16,431 nt of DNA from Candidatus Iainarchaeum sp. Lineage in GTDB: Archaea; Iainarchaeota; Iainarchaeia; Iainarchaeales; 0-14-0-20-30-16. This document shows positions 1 through 7,159 of the stretch, one piece after another. The DNA lies in assembly GCA_903916665.1 (NCBI GenBank), contig CAIWXP010000170.1:1-16431 (forward strand). The letters are read 5' to 3'. Each line of letters opens with the position of its first letter. Position 1 is the first letter of the stretch. A program made the translations under genes and the position numbers. Below the pieces are notes generated by a model, which did not search any database, was not told where the DNA came from, and saw only the letters and a list, made by a program, of their open reading frames with translations.

Positions 1-9
1 ATTAATTTT

Positions 10-957
10 TTATTTTCTAAATGGTCTCATTAATTCTTGTATTCTTTTTACTCTAGCAGGTCTTTTTCCAGAAATAAATCTTATTGGTGTTGAATGTGAA
101 TCAAAAACAGGACTTAAACGTTCTCTAACATGTATTCTGTGCAACATATAATCTGGAAAATCAATTTTATTAGCTCTAACAAAATCTTGTACTTCTCTTA
201 ATGGTATATCATGTCTATATCTTAACGCATCTAAAACTGCTGATCTGGTAGAGTAATCACTCGGTTTTAAATATTCTAAAAATTGTTTTTTATCGGTTAA
301 TTTCTTTCTAATTAAAATTGCTTGTAGAATATGTTTTTTTGCACCTGAATTTGCAACCTGTAAAAATCTTTCATAGTCTTGTTTTGTTAAATAATTACAT
401 TGACTAGTTAATAGTGCACGACCAGCAGAATCTGCAACTAGATTATTTGAATGGTTTAACAACAATTCAATTTCTTCTTTTGTTGTTTCTGCGTGTCTAA
501 CCAAAGCATAGGCCGCACCAGTCATAACATCTTGACTAGCTAAATTTAAATGATATTCCAAAAAATCTTTACTTAATCTATGCGATAATGCACTTCTAAT
601 AAATTGATTTGAATACCTTGCAATTTGCCATTCTATTTCTTTTAATTTTCCTTGATCTATTGCATCATTTTGTAATCTAATTAGTGCCGATTTAACAGTT
701 CTTGGAAAAACACAGGTACCTCTTTTTGCAAAAGCGTCGGCTAAATTTTTATATAATTTTATAGGATCTTTTATTCTTGCTAGACCCATTAATACGACGG
801 CTGCAGGAGAAACCAATTCATATTTGATTTCACCATGAAATTTATTTTCCGGATCCTTTGCAAACGCCTCTAAAACATTATTTATTGTATCTTCGGCAGT
901 TTCTCCCAAAGATATATTTTTTCTTTTTATATAGTCTGTTATTAAATGCAAAGTCAT
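10..957 (-). CDS. Hypothetical all-alpha tandem-repeat protein (HEAT/LRV-like repeats) with a basic C-terminal tail
   Basis: Complete 315-aa ORF, ATG at 957 and TAA at 10-12. Residues ~131-283 contain about five ~30-31 aa repeats with a recurring pattern: DFLEYHLNLASQDVMTGAAYALV, EIELLLNHSNNLVADSAGRALL, DYERFLQVANSGAKKHILQAIL, QFLEYLKPSDYSTRSAVLDAL, VQDFVRANKIDFPDYMLHRI. The tail is basic (GKRPARVKRIQELMRPFRK). No catalytic motif recognised. The gene call is solid; the function is unknown. Confidence 0.6.
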   Translation of the reverse strand: MTLHLITDYIKRKNISLGETAEDTINNVLEAFAKDPENKFHGEIKYELVSPAAVVLMGLARIKDPIKLYKNLADAFAKRGTCVFPRTVKSALIRLQNDAIDQGKLKEIEWQIARYSNQFIRSALSHRLSKDFLEYHLNLASQDVMTGAAYALVRHAETTKEEIELLLNHSNNLVADSAGRALLTSQCNYLTKQDYERFLQVANSGAKKHILQAILIRKKLTDKKQFLEYLKPSDYSTRSAVLDALRYRHDIPLREVQDFVRANKIDFPDYMLHRIHVRERLSPVFDSHSTPIRFISGKRPARVKRIQELMRPFRK

Positions 958-988
958 AATAATAAAACCAACATAGCCTTTTTATGCG

Positions 989-1077
989 TTTATAAATTGC
1001 TAGTCTTTATATACGAAGAAAAATAGGCAAAGGTTTATATACTACCTATTCTCCAAAATTATAAGAAAGTTTATAAA
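989..1077. promoter_or_regulatory. Divergent promoter region carrying four TATA-box-like octamers (TTTATAWA)
   Basis: TTTATAAA at 989-996 is self-complementary and lies ~35 nt from the minus-strand ATG at 957. TTTATATA occurs at 1006-1013 and 1034-1041. TTTATAAA at 1070-1077 is preceded by purine-rich AGAAAG (BRE-like) and lies ~57 nt upstream of the tfb ATG. The tfb SD GGTGAT is at 1125-1130. Confidence 0.5.
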
Positions 1078-1133
1078 ACTTACTGATTCTAATTAATGAT
1101 TTTTAAAAAAGAAATAAAAACAAAGGTGATAAT

Positions 1134-2051
1134 ATGGTTGAAAATATTTGTAAAGAATGTGGTGCAAAAACATTTGTAACTGATAAAGAAACTGGTGAAA
1201 TGGTTTGTAAGAATTGTGGAACTGTTATTGAAGGGGATGCAGTTGATTTATCAAAGGAATGGAGAACATTTGATTCTGATGAATTTAATGATAAGGCTAG
1301 AACCGGTGGTCCTATGCAACACTCAAAATTAAATAAAGGTGTTAGCACAATGATCGAAAGAGGCGGAAGAGATGCTAGAGGTAACAAGTTAAGTGCAGAA
1401 ACTAGAGAACAAATGTATAGATTAATTAGATGGCATAAAAGAACTGCTGTTTCAAACTCAGTTCAAAGAAATTTATCTATTGCATTAACTGAATTAAGAA
1501 GAATGGCACAGTATTTGAATATTCCTGAATCATTGGTTGAACAAGCAGCTGTATTGTATAGAAAAACAGTTGAGAAAGAATTAATTAGAGGAAGATTAAT
1601 TGAAGCTGTTGTTGCTGCAGTATTATATGCTGTTTGTAGAACTGCAAATATTCCTAGAACATTAAATGAAATGGCTGAAGCTTCTGGTTTAACTAAAAAA
1701 GATATTGGAAGAAATTATAGATATTTAGTTAGAGAATTGGAAATGTCTGTTCCTTTAACAAATCCTATATATTATATTTCAAGATTTGCATCTGAATTAA
1801 ATTTATCTGGTGAAGTTCAAGAAGAAGCTAGAAAGATATTAAATGATGCAATATTAAAAGGTTTAATTTCTGGAAGAGGCCCTACGGGTGTGGCGGCAGC
1901 TGCTGTATATATTGCTGCTTTGTTAAAGAATGAGAAAAGAACTCAAAAGCAAGTTGCAAATGTTGCAGGCGTAACAGAAGTTACTATTAGAAATAGATAT
2001 AGAGAATTAAAAGAAAAATTAAACCTAGAAGTGGAAGACGAACCGCAATAA
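1134..2051 (+). CDS. tfb: Transcription initiation factor IIB (TFB)
   Basis: N-terminal Zn ribbon CKECG-x15-CKNCG. Two cyclin-like repeats follow (RNLSIALTELRRMAQYLNIP...; ISRFASELNLSGEVQEEARKIL...GRGPTGVAAAAVYIAA) with a C-terminal HTH (QKQVANVAGVTEVTIRNRYRELKE). GGTGAT lies 3 nt upstream of the ATG. Confidence 0.95.
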   Translation: MVENICKECGAKTFVTDKETGEMVCKNCGTVIEGDAVDLSKEWRTFDSDEFNDKARTGGPMQHSKLNKGVSTMIERGGRDARGNKLSAETREQMYRLIRWHKRTAVSNSVQRNLSIALTELRRMAQYLNIPESLVEQAAVLYRKTVEKELIRGRLIEAVVAAVLYAVCRTANIPRTLNEMAEASGLTKKDIGRNYRYLVRELEMSVPLTNPIYYISRFASELNLSGEVQEEARKILNDAILKGLISGRGPTGVAAAAVYIAALLKNEKRTQKQVANVAGVTEVTIRNRYRELKEKLNLEVEDEPQ

Positions 2052-2058
2052 ATAAATT

Positions 2059-2090
2059 GAGGATTTTTCCTCTCTCTTTTTTTATTTTTT
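2059..2090 (+). terminator. Short hairpin plus long oligo-T tract downstream of tfb
   Basis: GAGGA (2059-2063) pairs with TCCTC (2068-2072) around a TTTT loop. TTTTTTTATTTTTT follows at 2077-2090. Archaeal termination depends mainly on oligo-T. Confidence 0.45.
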
Positions 2091-2145
2091 ATCCAAAAAA
2101 CGAAAGTATATTTATACTCTTCCGTACTAATATATTTGTGATTGG

Positions 2146-2454
2146 ATGACTGACCCAAGAGCAACAAAAAAGATTTATGATTTAGCTGGTTGGTTATTCT
2201 TGATAATTGGTCTAGTTTTGCTAATTATAATTAAAACACAAATTATACAAATTAATGCAAACTTATTATCTGGAATGCTTGTTTGGATTTTAATATCGCT
2301 GGTTTTTTTGATATCAATTATTTTTTCATTAATACAACTATTCAAACAATTTACATTGACCTCTATTTTCTGTTTTGCAATATCTGGAATTATATTTTTA
2401 GTTACTTGCACAATATTAATTGAAAATATAATGATTCTTGTAATAGTTCATTAG
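2146..2454 (+). CDS. Small integral membrane protein, unknown function
   Basis: 102-aa ORF with three to four long hydrophobic segments (WLFLIIGLVLLIII; MLVWILISLVFLISIIFSLI; IFCFAISGIIFLVTCTILI). A TATA-like AAAGTATATTTATAC lies ~30-40 nt upstream. No recognisable domain. Confidence 0.5.
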   Translation: MTDPRATKKIYDLAGWLFLIIGLVLLIIIKTQIIQINANLLSGMLVWILISLVFLISIIFSLIQLFKQFTLTSIFCFAISGIIFLVTCTILIENIMILVIVH

Positions 2455-2460
2455 AAACCA

Positions 2461-3627
2461 TTATTTAAATTCGATAATTTCCATTCTATCAATTGCATCT
2501 TTTGATAATGAATCAATATCTAATTCTTTTTCCAATTCTTTTACTTTATGCAAATCAGCCTTTGTTGTTGGGTGCTTAGGGGTAAAAAGAGTACAACAAT
2601 CTCCTTGTGGGATTATTGATGTTTCATAGCTTCCTATTTGTTTTGCAATTATAATTATTTCTTCTTTGTTATAACCAACCAAAGGACGCAAAACAGGTAT
2701 GGTAATTGCTTCTTGAATAGTACACATATTATCCAATGTTTGTGAACTTACTTGCGCCAACGCTTCTCCTGTAACCAGCGCTTTTATTTTTTCTTGCTTT
2801 GCTAACAATTCTGCAATTCTTAACATAAATCTTCTGTATAAAACAATTCTTTCTTCTGGTGGCGTTTTCATTTTAATTTCCATTTGTATTTTATAAAACG
2901 GAACAATATATAATTTAGATTTGGGTTGATATTTTAATAATAATTTACAAAGATCCTTTGATTTTATTATACTAGCATCATTGGTTGCTGGCACACTATG
3001 ATAATGAATATAATTTAATTCACAACCTCTTTTTAACATTAAAAAACTTGATACTGGTGAATCAATACCAGCACTCATTAATGATAATAATTGCCCTGAA
3101 CAACCCACTGGCAAACCATCAATTCCTTTTATAACCTCAAAATAAATATAGGTTCCTTTTTCTCGCATCTCAATGAATATTTCTTTATCCGGGTGAGAAA
3201 GATTTGCTTTTCTATCTACAACATTTCCAATATCTTTTGCTATTTCTTGACTTGACAATTTAACTGTATTATCATGTCTTGCCCTTACTGCAAAGGTTTC
3301 ATTTTCTTTTATCCAATCAATATAATTCTTTTCAACAAATTTAATAATTTCTTCTAAAGATTTTGTTTCTAAAAAATAGGCTGGTGATAGAGATGAAATT
3401 CCAGGAATATTTTGTATAATATTTGTTGCATCAATAACATTTTTTGTTTCTAGAAATAATTTATCATGGGTTGTAATTAATTTGTATTTTATCTTTTCAC
3501 GCGCTAGTGCACACTCTATATTATTAGACAATTTTCTTATAAATAAATCTCTTACACTTGAAGACTTAATAAAAAGCTCACCAAATGAAATTAATATGCC
3601 ATTCATAGTTTCACAATCAATATACAA
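2461..3627 (-). CDS. thiI: tRNA sulfurtransferase ThiI (tRNA 4-thiouridine synthase): THUMP plus PP-loop ATPase, no rhodanese domain
   Basis: 388 aa. The N-terminus has the ferredoxin-like/THUMP pattern (ILISFGELFIKSSSVR...). PP-loop motif is LMSAGIDSPVSS. The conserved C-terminal motif is GDCCTLFTPKHP. The ATG at 3606 (MNGILISFGE...) is a plausible alternative start. Confidence 0.9.
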   Translation of the reverse strand: MYIDCETMNGILISFGELFIKSSSVRDLFIRKLSNNIECALAREKIKYKLITTHDKLFLETKNVIDATNIIQNIPGISSLSPAYFLETKSLEEIIKFVEKNYIDWIKENETFAVRARHDNTVKLSSQEIAKDIGNVVDRKANLSHPDKEIFIEMREKGTYIYFEVIKGIDGLPVGCSGQLLSLMSAGIDSPVSSFLMLKRGCELNYIHYHSVPATNDASIIKSKDLCKLLLKYQPKSKLYIVPFYKIQMEIKMKTPPEERIVLYRRFMLRIAELLAKQEKIKALVTGEALAQVSSQTLDNMCTIQEAITIPVLRPLVGYNKEEIIIIAKQIGSYETSIIPQGDCCTLFTPKHPTTKADLHKVKELEKELDIDSLSKDAIDRMEIIEFK

Positions 3628-3630
3628 ATA

Positions 3631-3650
3631 ATTAATAAATATTTATTAAT
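3631..3650. promoter_or_regulatory. Perfect 20-bp AT palindrome in the thiI / wHTH-regulator divergent intergenic region
   Basis: ATTAATAAATATTTATTAAT is identical to its reverse complement. It sits 4 nt from the thiI ORF start and ~37 nt upstream of the ATG at 3687. It is a candidate symmetric TATA/BRE element or an operator. Confidence 0.4.
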
Positions 3651-3686
3651 CGGAAAGATTTTAAACACTTGTTATATTATGTATTT

Positions 3687-4157
3687 ATGCATAATAAACA
3701 TGTTGGAATATTATTCATTGTTGTGGCAGGAATTTTAGGATTAATTATTTTTCTTTTTAATAATGCATTAAATAAAATTGTTACCGATACTTGTACCGAA
3801 GGGCCTACCTGTCCTATGTATAGCACAATTGCATTTAGCACCTATTTGAGTATTGGTATGATAATAATTGTCATTTTAGCAGGTTTTGCGTTTATTTTCT
3901 TTTTCAAAGACAATCAAAAACAAACAAAAAAAATAGATGAATCTGCATATCAAACAATAATGAAAACATTAAAAGAAGACGAAAAATTAACATTAAAAAC
4001 AATCATTGCTAACGGCGGCACAATTTTTCAATCAGATTTGGTTGAAAAAACTAATTATCCAAAGGTTAAAATAACAAGAATCTTAGATCATTTGGAATCA
4101 AAAGATATTATAGAAAGAAAAAGACGTGGAATGACCAATGTTGTTATTCTAAAGTAA
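3687..4157 (+). CDS. Membrane-anchored winged-helix (MarR/TrmB-like) transcriptional regulator, COG2512-like architecture
   Basis: Two TM helices (ILFIVVAGILGLIIFLF and YLSIGMIIIVILAGFAFIFFF) flank a loop TDTCTEGPTCPMY. The C-terminal ~65 aa is a wHTH (LTLKTIIANGGTIFQSDLVEKTNYPKVKITRILDHLESKDIIERKRRGMTNVVILK). The ORF track starts at TTG 3669; the first ATG is at 3687. Confidence 0.7.
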   Translation: MHNKHVGILFIVVAGILGLIIFLFNNALNKIVTDTCTEGPTCPMYSTIAFSTYLSIGMIIIVILAGFAFIFFFKDNQKQTKKIDESAYQTIMKTLKEDEKLTLKTIIANGGTIFQSDLVEKTNYPKVKITRILDHLESKDIIERKRRGMTNVVILK

Positions 4158-4210
4158 TTGTATGCTTGAGCAAAGCGAAACATGCTTGTTTTCTTTGGAC
4201 AGACGGTGTA

Positions 4211-4229
4211 CTTTCTTTGGGAAAGAAAG
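4211..4229 (+). other. Perfect 8-bp stem / 3-nt loop hairpin inside an unusually GC-richer intergenic segment
   Basis: CTTTCTTT-GGG-AAAGAAAG. No oligo-T tract follows it. It is embedded in 4158-4299, which also carries three pairs of short direct repeats (see findings). Confidence 0.4.
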
Positions 4230-4311
4230 GCCTCGTGAAACTAGTTACAAACAAGACTATAATCTCTGTTACAAATATATCTAATTATTAAATATTGGTT
4301 TGAGGGGTTTT

Positions 4312-4911
4312 ATGACTAAGAAAAACTGCTGCAAAAATAATAACAAAGATGCTGCAAAAAAAGGAATATTGTTTGGGCTATTAGCGCACTTGCCTTGTAT
4401 TGCACTAATTATAATTACAATAATTGGAATAAGTCTAGGGGGTACTTTACTTACAACTTTTATGAGTTCGTATTTGTTTTATGGCTTAATTGGATTATCT
4501 TTTGTTTTAGTTACTATATCTGCGATAATTTATTTGAAGAGACAAAATTCTTTGAATATTGAGGGTATAAAAGATAATTGGAAATATTTAGCAATATTAT
4601 ATGGAATTGCAATTATAATAAATATTCTATTCCTAACAGTTATATTTCCATACTCTACTAATCTAGTTAGCGCATCACAAAATAAAATTACATTTGCTGA
4701 AAATTTACAAATAATTAATTTGCAAGTTAATATTCCTTGTGCAGGACACGCAATATTAATTAGTAGTGAATTAAAAAAAGATTTAGGAATAAAAAATGTT
4801 GAATATAATTTTCCTAGTTCGTTTAAAATATCCTTCAATCCCAAAGAAACAACAAAACAAAACATCCTAAATAATCCCATATTCAAAGAATACTCTGCAA
4901 AAGAGATATAA
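4312..4911 (+). CDS. Three-TM membrane protein: cytoplasmic CC motif, in-membrane HLPC motif and a C-terminal HMA-like (ferredoxin-fold) domain with C-x-x-H. A MerT/MerP-like metal relay protein
   Basis: The SD GAGGGG at 4302-4307 precedes the ATG at 4312; the ORF track begins at TTG 4300. The N-terminus is MTKKNCCKNNNKDAAKK. TM1 is GILFGLLAHLPCIALIIITIIG. The C-terminal segment QIINLQVNIPCAGHAILISSELKKDLGIKNVEYNFPSSFKISFNPKETTKQNI aligns by eye to the HMA beta-alpha-beta-beta-alpha pattern, with PCAGH in place of MxCxxC. It ends 22 nt upstream of copA. Confidence 0.6.
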   Translation: MTKKNCCKNNNKDAAKKGILFGLLAHLPCIALIIITIIGISLGGTLLTTFMSSYLFYGLIGLSFVLVTISAIIYLKRQNSLNIEGIKDNWKYLAILYGIAIIINILFLTVIFPYSTNLVSASQNKITFAENLQIINLQVNIPCAGHAILISSELKKDLGIKNVEYNFPSSFKISFNPKETTKQNILNNPIFKEYSAKEI

Positions 4912-4933
4912 ATAATAAAAGAGTTGATGATTT

Positions 4934-7096
4934 ATGAATAAAAATTTTGGTATCAAAGGAATGCATTGTAGCAATTGCGCACAAACTATTGAAAAGGGAT
5001 TAAAGAGTGAAGCTGGGATAAAAAATGCAAATATTAACTTTGCATTATCTAATTTAAATTTAGATTTTGACGAATCAAAAACCAATATAACCAAAATTAA
5101 AAATAAAATTAAATCTTTAGGTTACCAAGCAGAAGAAGAAAATGATTTTCAAAAATTAGAAGAAGAACAGAAAAACTATTATAAAAAACGTTTAATAGTT
5201 AGTGTGATTTTTGCAATACCTGCTTTTATAATCGGCATGTTATTAATGTGGTTAGGTATTGATATTCCATTTAGAAATTTTATTTTATTTATATTGGCCA
5301 CACCAATTCAATTTTATATTGGTTATGATTTTTACAAAAGCGCATTTAATGCGCTAAAAAATAAAACTGCAAACATGGATTCATTAATTGCTCTAGGAAC
5401 TAGCGCAGCCTATTTTTTTAGTGTCTATAGTATATTTTTTGCTCCACAATTAGGACAATATTTTGAAACTTCTGCGATATTAATTACTTTGGTAATATTG
5501 GGAAAATATTTAGAAGCAAAGGCAAAAGGAAAAGCTTCTGAAGCCATAAAAAAATTATTAGATTTAAGCCCAAAAATGGCAATTGTAATTAAAAATGGCA
5601 AAGAATTATCATTATCTATTGACAATATTAAATTAGGAGATATTGTATTGGTAAAACCAGGAGAAAAAATACCTATTGATGGAATTATTATCTCTGGAAA
5701 TACATCAGTAGATGAATCCATGATAACTGGAGAAAGTATGCCCATTGAAAAAATAATAAATGATTTTGTTATTGGTGGAACAATAAATAAATTTGGGACA
5801 ATAAAATTTAGAGCAACAAAAATTGGAGAAAACACAACATTAAGTAATATAATAAAAATAGTTCAAGAGGCACAAACTAAAAAAGCACCAATTCAAAGAT
5901 TTGCAGACAAGGTTTCAAAATATTTTGTGCCTGTTGTAATTTGTCTTGCAATAATAACTTTTATAATTTGGTGTTTTGTATTTGGTAATTTCTCATTTGG
6001 TTTAATTAATGCAATTTCAGTATTAGTTATTGCATGTCCTTGTGCATTGGGGTTAGCGACACCTACTGCGATAATGGTATCAACAGGAAAGGCAGCAAAT
6101 AATGGTTTTTTAATAAGAACTCCTGAAACTTTAGAAATTATTCACAAAGCAAAATACATTGTTTTTGATAAGACTGGAACAATAACAAATGGTAAACCAA
6201 TTATTACAAATATTATCGAAATAAATGCTACCAAAAAAGAAGTTTTAGAAATTTCTGCTAGTCTGGAAAATCATTCTGAACATAGTTTGGCCGAACCAAT
6301 AATTAATGAAGCAAAAAAACAAAATTTAAAATTAAAAATAATAACTAATTTTGAAGCATTGCCTGGTTATGGCATTACTGCAAAAATAAATACTGAAAAA
6401 TATTTTTTAGGAAATATTAAATTTATTTTAAAAAATAAAATAGAAATAAAAAATAGAAAACAAATTGAAGAATTGGAATCACGGGGAAATACTGTTATGA
6501 TTTTAACAGATAAAAAAAATATTTTGGGGCTAATATGTGTTGCAGATACAATTAGGGACAATGCAAGAAAAACAATTGATACGTTACATAAATTAAATCT
6601 TGAAATCTATTTAATTACTGGTGATAATATACGGGTCGCAAATGCACTCGCAATACAAGCAGGAATTAAAAATGTTTTTGCAGATGTTTTGCCACAGGAT
6701 AAATTAATGCATGTAAAAGAGTTGCAAAAAAAAGGAAAAGTAATTATGGTTGGTGATGGTATAAATGATTCTCCTGCTTTGACACAGGCCGATATTGGAA
6801 TAGCAATGGGTACTGCAAGTGATATTGCAATTGAAAGTGGAAATATTGTTTTATTAAAGAATGATTTGGAAAATATTCCCAGAGCGATAAAATTAAGTAA
6901 ATTAACAATTTCAAAAATCAAACAAAATATGTTCTGGGCTTTGGCCTATAATGTTATTGGAATACCTATTGCTGCGGGCGCTTTATACTTTACAACTGGT
7001 TGGCTATTATCTCCAATTATTGCCAGTATAACTATGGCACTAAGTTCGATAAGCGTAGTTGGAAATTCAATATTGCTAAAATATAGGAAATTATAG
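4934..7096 (+). CDS. copA: Copper-translocating P1B-type ATPase (CopA)
   Basis: 720 aa with one N-terminal HMA domain (GMHCSNCAQTIEKGL). Other motifs: TGE (MITGESMP), the CPC transmembrane metal site (ACPCALGLATP), the DKTGT phosphorylation site, HP-region sequences, and the GDGINDSPAL hinge. Confidence 0.95.
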   Translation: MNKNFGIKGMHCSNCAQTIEKGLKSEAGIKNANINFALSNLNLDFDESKTNITKIKNKIKSLGYQAEEENDFQKLEEEQKNYYKKRLIVSVIFAIPAFIIGMLLMWLGIDIPFRNFILFILATPIQFYIGYDFYKSAFNALKNKTANMDSLIALGTSAAYFFSVYSIFFAPQLGQYFETSAILITLVILGKYLEAKAKGKASEAIKKLLDLSPKMAIVIKNGKELSLSIDNIKLGDIVLVKPGEKIPIDGIIISGNTSVDESMITGESMPIEKIINDFVIGGTINKFGTIKFRATKIGENTTLSNIIKIVQEAQTKKAPIQRFADKVSKYFVPVVICLAIITFIIWCFVFGNFSFGLINAISVLVIACPCALGLATPTAIMVSTGKAANNGFLIRTPETLEIIHKAKYIVFDKTGTITNGKPIITNIIEINATKKEVLEISASLENHSEHSLAEPIINEAKKQNLKLKIITNFEALPGYGITAKINTEKYFLGNIKFILKNKIEIKNRKQIEELESRGNTVMILTDKKNILGLICVADTIRDNARKTIDTLHKLNLEIYLITGDNIRVANALAIQAGIKNVFADVLPQDKLMHVKELQKKGKVIMVGDGINDSPALTQADIGIAMGTASDIAIESGNIVLLKNDLENIPRAIKLSKLTISKIKQNMFWALAYNVIGIPIAAGALYFTTGWLLSPIIASITMALSSISVVGNSILLKYRKL

Positions 7097-7105
7097 CAAT
7101 ATATT

Positions 7106-7113
7106 TTTATATA
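7106..7113 (+). promoter_or_regulatory. TATA-box-like element upstream of the DsbC-like gene
   Basis: TTTATATA lies ~47 nt upstream of the ATG at 7160. The SD GGTGGT at 7151-7156 is 3 nt from the ATG. This suggests an independent promoter downstream of copA. Confidence 0.4.
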
Positions 7114-7159
7114 GATAGAACATTTTTCTTTATACTTATTTTATATTTAAGGTGGTAAT

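Noticed and set aside
2175-2411. A 78-aa ORF antisense to the small membrane protein gene, and a 74-aa ORF at 1943-2167 spanning the tfb 3' end and terminator.
   Set aside because: Both overlap better-supported features and lack translation signals. The 1943-2167 ORF runs through an oligo-A/T terminator region, giving a low-complexity product.
4158-4260. Possible tRNA, C/D-box sRNA or riboswitch in the GC-richer intergenic segment.
   Set aside because: On neither strand could I find a T-arm (GTTCRANYC) or acceptor pairing, C (RUGAUGA) and D (CUGA) boxes in the proper arrangement, or a match to the fluoride or metal riboswitch cores I know. A covariance-model scan would be needed to be sure.
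4162-4284. A 40-codon ORF (MLEQSETCLFSLDRRCTFFGKERPRETSYKQDYNLCYKYI) in the regulator/metal-gene spacer, with three Cys.
   Set aside because: There is no SD in front of the ATG. Its codon usage (CGG, CGT, AGG, CCT) is atypical of the surrounding genes. The region is better explained by DNA or RNA structure and repeats. It is kept only as a remote possibility for a small Cys peptide.
4867-5094. A 75-aa minus-strand ORF spanning the junction between the MerT-like gene and copA.
   Set aside because: It overlaps the coding sequence of the copA HMA domain and the 3' end of the upstream gene on the opposite strand. It has no motif or signal support.
5425-5835. A 136-aa antisense ORF inside copA. 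Similar antisense ORFs occur at 1103-1387 (in tfb), 4530-4886, 6367-6561, 6607-6921, 7578-7877, 7615-7860, 9967-10320, 10119-10316, 13466-13693, 14426-14653, 14542-14733 and 15572-15808.
   Set aside because: All lie fully inside strongly supported genes on the opposite strand. They encode low-complexity Ile/Phe/Leu/Ser-rich peptides with no motifs, SD sites or TATA boxes. Open antisense frames are an expected by-product of the sense-strand codon bias.
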